62,005 bases of DNA, from the NCBI RefSeq assembly GCF_006345805.1, contig NW_021832236.1:1-62005 (forward strand). The letters run 5' to 3'. The stretch is from Octopus sinensis. Its lineage: Eukaryota. The translations under genes were made by a program, and so were the position numbers. Below, piece by piece: positions 41,380-54,474 of the stretch. The notes under the pieces were generated by a model. That model did not search any database. It was given only the letters and a program-made list of their open reading frames with translations, and was not told where the DNA came from. The number at the start of each line of letters is the position of its first letter. Positions within the stretch are counted from its first letter, which is position 1.

Positions 41380-42148
41380 TACTTAGACATTAACACATTC
41401 ATACATACACATACACACACAATATTAACCCCCCACCCCACCGAGATATCATCCCACACACAAATATTGCCACGTCGCGCACATGCTTATTCACTCATAC
41501 ACAAAGAAACTCTTCCATAAACTTATACGAATTCTTTCAAACTTACATTCATCCGTACAGAGAAAAAAAAATTCCATTACACGCGTTCACAAAAACTCTC
41601 AGTCACAAATATAAATACACCCACTCACACACTCGCACATACATACACGCACGCACACAGTATCTCTCTCACAAACACACACATAATTTCTCACATAGAC
41701 ATTCACGCCTATACGCACATAAATACTATTGCACATGCACACACATATATATAACAGCACAGCACACCACATAACATTCACCACCGCAAAACAATAAGCC
41801 TCTTTATATCATTAATACGTGCCAAAGCATGCTAACAAATAACATTTCAACCTCATTTATTGCCACATGCTTCATTACTCTCCCCTCCTCCTCCCCTTCC
41901 ACTCATTATCCTCCCCACTTAATAATTTACTACCTCCTCCTACTCTTATGCTGTCTTCATCCCGCCCTCGCAAACCACGTGATATAATCCAGCCAATACA
42001 ATAAAACAACTTAAGGTGCCATTTTTTTCTTGTTACTAATTAAATGTTTATTGTTCTTTTAGGTATTGGTATTTTTAATGGGATAACAGAAATAGATGCT
42101 TGTGTGTAGGTTTGTATGTATGATGTATGTACGTACGCATGGTGTATG

Positions 42149-42212
<64 letters not shown>

Positions 42213-42436
42213 GAAACACTCCTGTCACAACATGGGACCTTGAAGATTGCTTTAATGCAAGAAAGTACACTAGTCCCTTAATGTTTTATATTCAATATTT
42301 CATCTATTCAATAAGACATTCAATACTTCATTTCATTTTACACTATATATATTATTTATCCTATATATTCTACATTTCACATTAATATTATAAAGAATAC
42401 AAATAAAACATAAAAAACAGAGTTGGAATTCCTTTG

Positions 42437-42490
<54 letters not shown>

Positions 42491-42894
42491 TTGTGAAAGA
42501 GCGTTCACAATCATACATACAAATCTTCACAAACATACATACAAATCCTCCCAAACTTACACACATACATGCACTTTCACAAACACACACACACACACAG
42601 ATATATATATATATACACGTATGTATATGGGACACACACGCACTTTCACAAACATACACACAAATCCTCCCAAACTTACACACATACATGCATACGTACA
42701 TACATCCATATATTCGTCTTTCGTGACTTTAAGTTTCCCGTTGAGACGATCAACGAGGCTCGAAGGCAATCGATACTGGATAAATATAGGATTACTCTAC
42801 TGTATGTATTGAGTACCTTTATTCTCGTTCATGATAACGTATGTCTGACTATGTATGTATTTATGTATGTATGTATGTATGTATGTATGTATTA

Positions 42895-43185
42895 AGAAAA
42901 TAAAGAGGGGAAAAGAACAAAAATTTCGCAGCGAGAATGCTCTTTTCAGCGCGTGTGTCGTATTAGTTAAGACAATATTTTGCACTTCCTGCATGGATGG
43001 TAAGCTAGGGATCTTTCTTAAATAACTTCCAGTTCTTTTTTTTTTATCATTCCAAGTACTCCTACAATAACTGGTATTGCAACCGTCTTGAGATGCCACA
43101 TCTTTTCGATTTTCATTAGCAAATCTTTATATTTTCCGAGTTTATCAAATTCTTTAGCCGAGATCTTATGGTTACAAGGTATGCC
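42895..43185 (-). mobile_element. R4/Dong-like RLE C-terminal fragment
   Basis: KEFDKLGKYKDLLMKIEKMWHLKTVAIPVIVGVLGMIKK on the minus strand. Confidence 0.8.
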
Positions 43186-43189
43186 CATG

Positions 43190-43236
<47 letters not shown>

Positions 43237-43302
43237 ATCATCATCATAATCCTCCTCCTCATCATCATCATCATTACCATCCTCCTCCTCCTCCTTCTTC
43301 TT

Positions 43303-43333
<31 letters not shown>

Positions 43334-43334
43334 T

Positions 43335-44990
43335 TATTATTATTGTTATTACGTGATGAAAATTCACAGCTTATTTTGCTGGGTATGATGGAAAGTGTCA
43401 GCTGTTCACAACCAGCAGACTAAGGTGACACTTGTTCCTGGTCATGCTTCAAGAACACTGCGAAGAATTCTTGCAGTTCCAAGCAATGCTGTTATTTGTA
43501 GGTGTTCCACCTTCACACTTGCACCAATTTTTTTTTGCAGCCATGCTGGTAGTTGAGTGCTGATCATTCCGAGTATCACGTCTACCCTCCTCATTGACCT
43601 CAACCTTCGTATTTCCCACTTCAAATCGTCATAGTTAATTTTTCCTTCTTCGTTCACATTGATCCTGTTGTCACTGAGACATGCTATGTCGGCTATCATG
43701 CATGTTCTTTCTTTTTTATTCACCACAACAATGTCCGGTTTCCGAAGTCTGGTGAGGAGATCTCGCTGGGTTATTGCATCCCACAGGATTTTGCGATTCT
43801 CATTCTAGGTGACTCTTCTGGGGTTTGCTCATACCACGTCTTTGCTCTTTGTAGGCCGTGGTTCCCACAGAGCTCCCAATGGATCATTCTTTCCACATTG
43901 CCATGGTGTCTTTTATATTAGCGTTGTGCCAGTTTCGGGCATTCGCTAACGATGTGGCATACCGACACATTCTGCATTTGTCGCTGTCGGTAGTGTTGTC
44001 TATTCTGCACTTCACATAGTTGGTCCTTAACGCTTGTTCTTGAGCTGCGCATACGAGTACTTCTGTCTCTATCTTCAGGTTACTCCTCCTCATCCATAGC
44101 CACTGATCATCTGCATCCGTCTTGGTGTTCACATCTCTTGCAAACTGACCGTACATTTTTCCTTCCATGCTTTTTCTTTTGTGTGTGTGTATGTTTATTT
44201 ATTTCTTGTTCAATTTTTTCTTTCATAATACAATTTTCACTTTTAATGACGACGGCCTTCTTCGTATGTTTCAACAATGGCTTCGCAGCATTTTTTATAT
44301 ACCACCCTGAGCTATTTTCCACTGCTTCGATACAGTTTTGGCAACTGTTCAAAACCTCTCCCACCCTTTCTTCTGGACAAGTACAGCCTATCGGTGTCAC
44401 TCTTAGAGTGGAAGGCTCCGTGTACTGTCAACATTTTTCTGGTCTTGGTATACATTTTCATCACGTCTCTCTTTTGCCATTTTGTAATTCCCGTTCCATA
44501 CCAAAGTGAAACTATCGACCACGTAGTAGCTGCTTGGATTTTATTTAATCCAGTCAATTTTGAGTCAACACCAGCCTTAGTCTTCAGAAATATCCCATGA
44601 TCAGTTGCTCTTTCATTTCCTTCTAAACCCTAGTACACCAAAGTAGTTGTAACCTTCCGTCTCAAGTTGTGTAAACAAGTCTTTATTCGGTAATTCTATC
44701 CCTGCTAGGGACTGAACCTTGCTTCTTTTTAGGGAGATTATTCTGCACTTCTTGAGTCCAAATTCCATTCTAATGTCAGAACTAAAATAATGGATCGTAT
44801 TTATCAAGGAACCCACTTGTGTCTTATCCTTGCCATACAGTTTTAAATCATTCATGAAGAGGAAGTGGTTGAATGTTTGGGATTCTTCCTTTAATTGGTA
44901 CCCCAGGTTCATTTTCTTAAGTACCAATGTCAGGGGTAACATGCTCAGAACAAAAAGCAACGGAGATAAGCTATCACTCTCGAAGCTTCA
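43335..44990 (-). mobile_element. R4/Dong-like LINE, 3' half (RT, CCHC, RLE, 3' UTR)
   Basis: NHFLFMNDLKLYGK, DIRMEFGLKKC, RLYLSRRKGGRG, AAQEQALRTNY, KCRMC, ADIACLSD, ALLGTARILRSVLEA*. Confidence 0.9.
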
Positions 44991-45524
44991 GTGACTCGAT
45001 GCCAGTCAAACCCGTAACTCTCGTGCCTTGCCCCTTCGAAGACGCATTTCTTTCAGCTTCCTGTGAACAATTGTATACCAGGCGTTGCTTGGCTCCAAGT
45101 GGTGTCCATCTTATGCCACCTTTTGGCTCATGTCTTAGTCACTTCTGAATGTATGGCATAACCATATATGCAGCCGCTGTTTTCATTCCAAATCCCAAAC
45201 TATTGTAACTAGTTTTGCAGTGCAGTTCCTCTTTTGACTCTTTTTTGTATCAAGGTGACAAGTTTTCAAGTTTTATTCAAACATCCGTTGCAAAAACCAT
45301 TGATCTTATTCAATGCATGTTTCCTTTAATTACTCATGGAGAATTCTGAACAAATTTGATATTGCTCTTACAGAGATCTGCCTTATTCACATCACTGTAT
45401 TAACTAGATTTCTAAATAGTCTGAAGTCATTTGAATATGTCCATTTTTGCACAGTTGACTTTGTCGATAAGATTTCCGAGATTAGAAATACTTCACGTTG
45501 TTTAGTCGTTCATTGCTATCTGGG

Positions 45525-45827
45525 GTTGATGTTTGTTCCTTCTCGAGTCATGCCTGGCTCATAAGGGCCGGTTTCCCGGTTTCCTTGAGGTATAGGTCCC
45601 CACCTGGACGGGACGCCGGTCCGTCGCAGGTGAGCTGCAAGATGCAGGAGGAAAGAGTGAAAGAAAGTTGTGGCGAAAGAGTCAGCAGAAGTTTCGCCAT
45701 TACATTCTGCCGGAGCCGCGTGGAGCTTAGGTGTTTCGCTCATAAACACACATCGCCCGGTCTGAGATTCGAACTCACGACCCCCGACCGCGAGTCCGCT
45801 GCGTTAACCACTAGGCCTTGTGCCTCC
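45525..45827 (-). mobile_element. SINE family C, tail type 2
   Basis: Same head and body as 32830-33234; tail gcagctcacctgcgacggaccggcgtcccgtccaggtgggg...gaaaccggcccttatgagcc. Confidence 0.85.
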
Positions 45828-46410
45828 AACATCTAGGGTGGATGCAGTGCTCTTACTCTATTTATGTACGTGACGTGTTTTTTTTCTCAATTGTCTGAAG
45901 AGCGTAAATGAGAAACGACGTGCAGCGACTCTGGCAGACTTGAAACCCTGTTGCTGTTGATAAATAAGAAATAACGAAGATATACTTGTCTGCCAGTTGA
46001 TTTAATTGGAGACTGCGTGTTAAAACTGAAACAATTACAGAGTGGAAGACACATGTTAACCATCGAAAAACAATCAATAACGGTTAACTCCACTAAAACA
46101 TTTATTATTTATCATTTTTTATTATTTGGTATCACTTTAATGTTGACGTGAAGATGTTTGCGTTTTTAAATAGTTAATGAATCTTTAATATTAAATAAAT
46201 TTTGAAAATATATAGAATAAACCAAGGAAAGAAAAATCGAAAGATACTTTAGAAAATGAAAATATAATTAAAGACGAATGATAAAAAAAAGTCGAGTTAT
46301 CGTGCTATTTCCGCTTGGTCCTCCAACTTTCGCCTCTATTTTGGTTGCATCTGCCATCTTCGAACAGATTATGATCAAAGTCGTTGATCATCTCAATATT
46401 TCGTATATCA

Positions 46411-46512
46411 AGGAGGCGAGCTGGCAGAATCGTTAGCACGCCGGGCGAAATGCTTAGTGGTATTTCGTCTGTTTTTACGTCTTGAGTTCAAATTCCGCCG
46501 ACGTCGACTTTT
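46411..46512 (+). mobile_element. SINE family B, 5' fragment
   Basis: aggaggcgagctggcagaatcgttagcacgccgggcgaaatgc. Confidence 0.8.
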
Positions 46513-46615
46513 TTTATTTTATTTAGTATTATTAATACAATCTAATGGTAAATCGAAAGATATTTATTGAGCAGCGAAGAGTTTGGTTGAACTGAGGAGT
46601 TACACACACACACAT

Positions 46616-46786
46616 ATATATACGACGGGCTTCTTTCAGTTTCCGTCTACCAAATCCACTCACAAGGCTCACTCACACACACACACACACACACACACTA
46701 TATATATATATATATATATAATATATATATATACGACGGGCTTCTTTCAGTTTCCATCTACCAAATCCATTCACAAGGCTCACACA

Positions 46787-46865
<79 letters not shown>

Positions 46866-46905
46866 GACGGGCTTCTTTCAGTTTCCATCTACCAAATCCA
46901 CTCAC
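46616..46905 (-). repeat. Three tandem copies of a ~50-bp SINE A segment separated by (CA)n/(TA)n
   Basis: tacgacgggcttctttcagtttcc(g/a)tctaccaaatcca at ~46621, 46732 and 46863. Confidence 0.85.
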
Positions 46906-48079
46906 ACACACACACACAAACACAAAACCAAAAAACCCCAAAAAAAACAAACTGTTGTTTCGCGCTCCAGGCCCTTCAGCGGAGTTTAAACAGATTCATG
47001 TCTTCAAGTAATGATCAACGAATATACTGTTATTATTATGACCGACGAAGACACTCGCTAGTTTCCTCAGATTCCGAAGCCTACAAAAATAACGACATTT
47101 AGCTGTTCATGTCTAATATTATAAACGCCTTCAGCTCATGAATTGCTGTCGTATCATCGTAACAAGGAATAAGATCTTATATGCAAATATTCAACACAAA
47201 ACACCCACATTCAGAAATAGACAAATACATACATACATACATACATACATACATACATGCATACATACATACATGCATACATACATACACACACACATAC
47301 ATACATACATACATACATACATACATTCATTCATACATACATACATACATACATACATGTGTGCGTGTGTGTGTGTGTGTTGATAAATAATTCGAAGCAT
47401 ACGATATTATTGATAAGTAGATATTGGTATACAATGATAATAAATATACAATTACAAGCATATTAACATATAAATGGGGAAGGCTAAAATCTGTCTAAAC
47501 ATACACGCATCACACAAACAATAAAATATAACATGGTGCGTGTCTGCGTGCGCGTGTATGTGCATATAGAGAGCCTTATACATCTGTGACAGATTACATA
47601 ACCTCTATATTTCTTTTTGCATACATATTGGCTTGTATATCTCGTGCAACGCCTTATCTCTTTCTGTGTAGCTGAAGCAGACACAAAGATGTATTTATTA
47701 CGTTTATTCGTGTATCGAATTCAGAAACAAACATTTTTTTTTTTTTCATGTTCAAGACTGAAAAATATTCTAAGTGAAGACAGAAAACATTTTCGATTGT
47801 AAGTTTTAGCATGTATCTGATTGAAACATGTATCTGTACATTTGTACACGTTTTTCTTTGACATTTAGAAACAAAACGGCTATGTATATATTTTTTTCTC
47901 TGGTTCTGAAATTCAACATATCTCACTTCAAATATACTTTTTCTAAACTTTACATATTCTGTCATAATATCACTGATGGTGCGACTGTTGAGTTTCGAAG
48001 TGAAAGATTATTTTTTCTTTCTTCATAGTATTTCATCATAGTGTATTGTGCAGAAATGTACTCCACTCCACTGCAATCG

Positions 48080-48118
<39 letters not shown>

Positions 48119-48156
48119 ACTCTTTCTCTCCCTCTCTCACTGTATATATATATATT

Positions 48157-48370
48157 CTTTTATTCTTTTACTTGTTTCAGTCAGTTGACTATGGCCATGC
48201 TGGAGCACCACCTTTTGTCGACCCCAGGACATATTCTTTGTAAGCCTAGTACTTATTCTATCGGTCTCTTTTGCCGAACGGCTAAGTTACGGGGACGTAA
48301 ACACACCAGCATCGGTTGTCAAGCGATGTTGGGGGGAGAGACACAGACACACAAACATATACACACACAT

Positions 48371-48380
<10 letters not shown>
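48157..48380 (-). mobile_element. SINE family A, 3' half
   Basis: tggccatgctggagcacc...gtaagcctagtacttattctatcggtctc. Confidence 0.85.
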
Positions 48381-48417
<37 letters not shown>

Positions 48418-48489
48418 TTTATATGTATATATGTATGCATATATATGTATATATATATGTATGTGTATGTGTATGTGTATGTATGTATA

Positions 48490-48645
48490 TGTGGATGTGT
48501 GGTAAAAAGTTTGTTGCCAAACCACATGGTCCTGGGTTCAGTCCCACTGCGTGGTACATTGGGCAAGTGTCTTCTACTATAGCCTCGGGCCGAATAAAGC
48601 CTTGTGAGTGCTCGGTAGATAGAAACTGAAAGAAGCCTGTCGTAA
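48490..48645 (+). mobile_element. SINE family A, 5' half
   Basis: gtgtggtaaaaag...ctgggttcagtcccactgcgtgg...gaaactgaaagaagcc. Confidence 0.85.
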
Positions 48646-48664
48646 GTATATATATATATATATT

Positions 48665-48855
48665 TAATAAATATTAGGGAATATATCCAAATTTACAGGG
48701 AAAAAAAATCAGATTTAGGATTAAATCCAATTTTATAGTAAAATATTATAAAATATTATTTGAGACAAAACCACTATTTATTAAATTTTATGTATTGATT
48801 AAGTCTTTCCTTGTTTGTTTTGCAAAATAGTGGTTTTGTCTCAAATAATATTTTA

Positions 48856-48857
<2 letters not shown>
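48665..48857. repeat. Rearranged copy of the interspersed repeat also present at 60731-60955
   Basis: Reverse-complement similarity on both sides of a replaced middle segment. Confidence 0.8.
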
Positions 48858-48916
<59 letters not shown>

Positions 48917-49119
48917 GTCACGAGGGGATTGTTGAAAAGCTCCTGATTTTAAGTGTATTGTGAAAAGCCTGGCTGGAGGGCCAACGTTCCGAGTTCTTTT
49001 AAAGGGTATAGACAAGATGAAAAGCCACTGCAATAAGCATGTGAATGTGAGGGTGGAATATGTTGAATAAAATCACAATTAACTGATCCTCCTGTTTTTC
49101 TTTAACCCAAAGCCAAAAA

Positions 49120-49375
49120 CTTTGAAGCACCGCCTCGTATGTGTGTATGTGTGTTTGTGTCTCCGTGTGCTTGTGTATGTGTTGGTGTCTGTGTTTGTTC
49201 TAACACTACCGTTCGACAACCAGTGTTGGTGTGTTACGCCCTCGAAACTTAGAGGCTCTGCTGAAGACCGATATAATAACACCCAGGTTTACCAAAAAAT
49301 TAAATACTGTGGCCGACTAATTCCACTGAAAATTCTTCAAGGCCGCACCCCAGCATAAGCGCAGTCTTTTGCTTG
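49120..49375 (+). mobile_element. Degenerate SINE family A, 3' half
   Basis: cgttcgacaaccagtgttggtgtgttacg...caccccagcataagcgcagtc. Confidence 0.6.
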
Positions 49376-49773
49376 AAACAATTGATTGAAAACCAAAAAA
49401 AAAAAAAACAAAAAAACGAGAAAATGATATATATGTGAGAGTATCTTTCTCCTAGAAGAGCTGCCGCTCTACAGCTTTGACCAAAAAATAACGGGTAAAT
49501 CCATTTAACAAATAGCCGGGACCTTCACAGGTACTGCTGTTGCAGGTCAGGACGGAACTGGGAGTAATGGTAGTTAAGGGGTTACTCCATGCAACCCACA
49601 ACTCCAGAACTCCAGAATTCTCGAACTGGAGCCTTACCACCGTATACAGTTAAATACATAGATACATACATGCATACATACATTATATATAACACACGCA
49701 CATACATACACACACACACACACATATATGTATATATGTATGTATATGTATGATATATAATATAATATATATA

Positions 49774-49852
<79 letters not shown>

Positions 49853-49872
49853 GTATGTAGTATATATAATAA

Positions 49873-51443
49873 TCTATTATATAAAATAGAGATGTGTGCA
49901 TATTCACTTTTAATGCGAAAACGGCTTCACCAATTACTTCCATACTTCTGATACATGAATAATTTGACCTCGGACCTATAATAGGGTCTTCATTTGATCT
50001 TTTACTAAAATTTTTTTTAAATAAAAAGTTTTGCTTTTTATATTACATTCACGTCGTTCAAAGATTTTTAAATATTTTCCTCCGGCTTTCTACCGTCTCT
50101 TTATGTACCATCTCTTTATGTATATCTCTCTATCCATCTTTCTATCTATCACTATCTCTCTGTAACATATCTCTCTATCTATATCTCTTGTTTTCAGTTT
50201 CAGTTTTCAGACGCTACTCTTTTCACTTTCAAGTTTCATACACCAGTGTTTCATTTTCATGTTATTGTTTTCAAGTTTTGAATCACTATTTACAAACAAA
50301 CGGCAAATTACTGACAGAAAGAAGTTCACAATTACTGATGTAAGTAATTTCATAATTTAGGAATAGAAGTATCTTCATTAATTTCACTTCAATCCGTACG
50401 GCTTCGTGTTCTGTTGTCGACGGTTTCTTTCTGGTTCCTTCCATACTGGCTCTTTGCTTCACTGAGTGACAAATTTCGCTTCAACCCGTATAATACTTTA
50501 TCATCCGTTAAATTTTCTTATTTACTTTCTGCCCATCGTATTAAGAAACATAATTTCCGTTACCAAATTATTTTCATTGTTTACTATCTTCTGCACTCGT
50601 GTATTTCTGTATACATATATAACCATGCGTAGAAAGAAATGTCAAATTTATCGGCATAACTGTGCCCCCCCAACCAAATTTCAATGATCATAACTTTCAG
50701 AAAAATGCATATTTTTTGACAAAATTTTCTACGAATATATGTTTTATCATGTACATTTCGGATGTATAATATTGGGGGGGGGGCGTTATTGTCATTATTT
50801 ACTATCTTCTGCACTTGTATATTTCTGTATTCATATATAACCATGCGTAGAACGAAAATGTCAAATTTGTCGGCATAACTAGACATTTCTGTACCTCCTC
50901 CACCAAATTACGATGATCATAACTTTCAGAAAAATGGATATTTTTAAATAAAATTTCCGACGAATATGTGTTATATCATGTCCATTTCGAATATATACAA
51001 TTTTGGTGGGTAAGTGTTTTAGGAGAGGTGGGGGAATTTCTGACAATTCACCGGAGTCTACTTCAATTCGTTTTCTCTTTCAAGAAAATGGATATTTTTT
51101 TTAATGAAATTCTCTACAAATATACCTTGGAATATTATTACATTACACTCACTTCTTTCAAAAAGGTTTCTCAATGTCTACTTCCGGTATTGACATAAAC
51201 CCGGCGAAGTCTGTCCCTGTCTAATTTTTAATGTTTTCATCTCAAGTTTTAATTCGCTATTTGTAAACAACTACGATAAATTACTGAGAGAATTATTTAC
51301 TAAGTTCACAAATTTAAATATTCGGTACAAGATAGTTTTCAACGTGCTTCTATTTATACGATTTTTTTCATTCCATGTCCATCTCATTCATTGTTTGCAA
51401 AGTTCTCTCTTTCCCCCTCTCTCTCTCTATCCATGTATGTATG

Positions 51444-51477
<34 letters not shown>

Positions 51478-51508
51478 TGTATGTATGTATGTATGTATGT
51501 ATGTATGC

Positions 51509-51604
<96 letters not shown>

Positions 51605-52361
51605 CACACATACACACTCCAGATTTGATTTATTACACATATATCACATTAAAATTTTGCAACTCAACATGCGGCGTCCAAAAAACATGAGCAATATTTT
51701 GCTGCAACTCACACACTTCGTTAATTTACGTAAAATTTCTTATTTATTTTCTTTTTCACGCCATATTCAGCACTATGCATTTCTACTGAATCACACACGC
51801 ACACGTGTCTTTGTATGTACGTTTGTATACATTTATGCATGTTGTATATGTCTGTGTGTATGAGTGAGTGAAAGAAGTTGTGTGTTGTCATGTATTCGTA
51901 GCCATCTGGAATTCCACCACATAAACTTTTTCTGAAGGTAGGAGTCCCAATAATTCTTCTAAGAAATTTAGATCCTCCTAAATTATGCAATGGGACAAGG
52001 TTGATTGTGAATATATTATCACCTAATGAGACAGAAGCTAACATCATCACTGGATTGCCTCTGGGGAAGAGGCTTTTGTTCCAAGAATTACAATCAAATC
52101 AACAGACATGTCCTTTCAGTTCAATAAACCCAATTCCCAGTGCGACTTCACTTTGCAATGTCTATTCATAAAGGTCAAGGTCAGTCTTTGAAATCTACTG
52201 GCTTGCTTTTTTCATGGTCAACTTTGTTGGTTGCTCCAGGGTAGGTAATGTGCAAGACTTATTTATCTATGGTCCAAACCAGAAAACGAAAGAATGTTGT
52301 TTACCCAGAAGCTCTTACATAATTTCCTTCAACATAAAAGTGGTAAAATTTGTATTTTCGT

Positions 52362-52420
<59 letters not shown>

Positions 52421-52605
52421 GTTATTATTATGTTGTTGTTGTATTATGAATTCAGAATTGATTTCCCAGCGAAAAAATTAATTGTATTTCAATTGAAGAA
52501 TAAATTGAATTTACATTATCAAATTTCAATACAACCCATTTTGCTTTTTTCTTCCAATATGCAAGGAAAAATTTCATTTCCAGGAAACACCGGGTGCCTC
52601 TGTTC
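49873..52605 (+). mobile_element. Internally deleted Helitron (one element or nested pieces)
   Basis: 5' A|TCTATTATATAAAA at 49873; RepHel helicase remnant at ~51900-52325; degenerate 3' hairpin ccaggaaacaccggg at ~52580. Confidence 0.6.
51900..52325 (+). pseudogene. Helitron RepHel helicase C-terminus (PIF1-like), frameshifted
   Basis: [72 protein letters not shown]. Confidence 0.85.
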
Positions 52606-54159
52606 GTATAATACATATATATATATTATATTATATTATATTATATTATATTTAACTTTTTTATACTTTTTGGTTGGTATAAAAAGAATAATGAAAATTT
52701 ATAGTTTATAAATTTAATAATTAAAAAATGTTTTAAATTTTAAAAAAATATAAAACTATAATAATTTATAAATATAAATTTAAAAATTTCAAATATTAAT
52801 GATTTAAATTTTAAATTTTATATTTTTTATACATATGTTGTATATTATATTATTTATTTTTTATGTTTTGGTTTATGTCTATCATTGTTTGAGTTGCCTA
52901 ATAGTGGTTTTATCTCTAATCAAATTCATATATATATACATACATATAGTTTTATACATACATATCTATCATTTATTTTTATTTTATTTTAATAATATAT
53001 GAATACATATATACTGGTTTGTACTTATAATATGTGTGTAACCGTAATTATTCCTTCTTATTTATTTTATCACATTTTATCTTAAGTATTTATAATATAT
53101 AAAAAATTTTTAAATTTCAGTGATGTTCTCATTTACGATTGCATTAGTACTTCCCCATGTTGATATTATTTAATGCCTAATCTGGTATATTATGGCATTA
53201 AATTTATTAAGTAAATAAGAGATATATTTATAATATATAAATTAATATATATTTTATAACTTAGCGTACTTAGAATCATAACAAACTTATGGTAGTTCTA
53301 ATAACCGGTATGTTTACTATGCAATAAACCGGTGTTACAAATTTTAAGTTACCCAATGAAATAGTATCTGACATCGTAACATACTGATATTTAAAAATAT
53401 ATTTATCTTTAAATATAATATTTTATGAAATGCATGAGTGGATCTTTTTTGTTATTTGAGACATAGTTATAATTTTGAAAGACTAAATGGCAGCATAGTT
53501 GCTCCCCTTTTTGTTTATCTATGTGCTAGTTGTTGCTTGTGGTTATGTATGTGTATAAGTGTATGTGTGTGTGTATGCATATAATTATGTATGTATGTGC
53601 GATTGATCTGTGGATGCGCGTGTGAATATTGGCGTTCCTTGACTAACCAACCGTAAAATTTCTCTTGTGATTTAAATTTCAAACTACTAGCCAATCGTAT
53701 TAATCTATATAATCATTACCTAGTGGTCAGAATTTCTAAACTCATAGTTATTTCGATCTTGAAAGGATGGACTTGGTGCAAACATAACTGTATCTATTAT
53801 TATTATTATTATTATCATTAATATTAATAGTAATCTTTATTGACTTTTATAGCTTTATAATTTTATGAACTGAACCATGGTTTTAATTATTATTTTCCAT
53901 CTCCCTATGTGTTAGTTTTTTTTAAACTATTAGCCAAATATGTATAATAACTGTGCTTATTAATATTAATATATACACTGATATATATTTTGTTTTATTT
54001 TGTTTTGTTTACCTTGCATTATTGTACCAATGAGTATTATATCATATAAGTGTAGCATTATGAAGTTTATGCATAAGTTTTTATATTTTACATTTTTATA
54101 TTTTTATATTTATATGTATATGGAAAAATAATTTCTTTCACAATTATAACAAATTTAAT

Positions 54160-54268
54160 TCTCTGAAGAGGCCGTGGGGCATCCTTGTTAATGCCTCATT
54201 TATACCTGCCTTTATGGCTTATAGGTTAAATGAGGTATGACTGCCTCGCTGCCGAAACAGCTGTCAGA
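54160..54268 (+). ncRNA. Minimal type I hammerhead ribozyme with intact core and long stem II
   Basis: tct CTGAAGA GGC...GCC GAAA CAGCTG TC aga; stem I tct/aga, palindromic ACAGCTGT, GUC triplet. Confidence 0.75.
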
Positions 54269-54474
54269 TGTGATTTAATTACATATTATATTTGAAATTT
54301 TATACTTATATCTCTTTGTCTATTTACATTTACTGTATATTTTGTATAATGCCTTTACTGATATGTAATGGTGTAATAAAGTAATGTTTGGGTATCATCT
54401 GATAGTTGATGTTTTATTGATTTAAGTATGTTTCTCCATTTTCTAATTTTGTATGTATATATATATATATATAT

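Noticed and set aside
52610-53250. Possible mitochondrial insertion (very AT-rich)
   Set aside because: No recognisable mitochondrial ORF, tRNA or rRNA sequence
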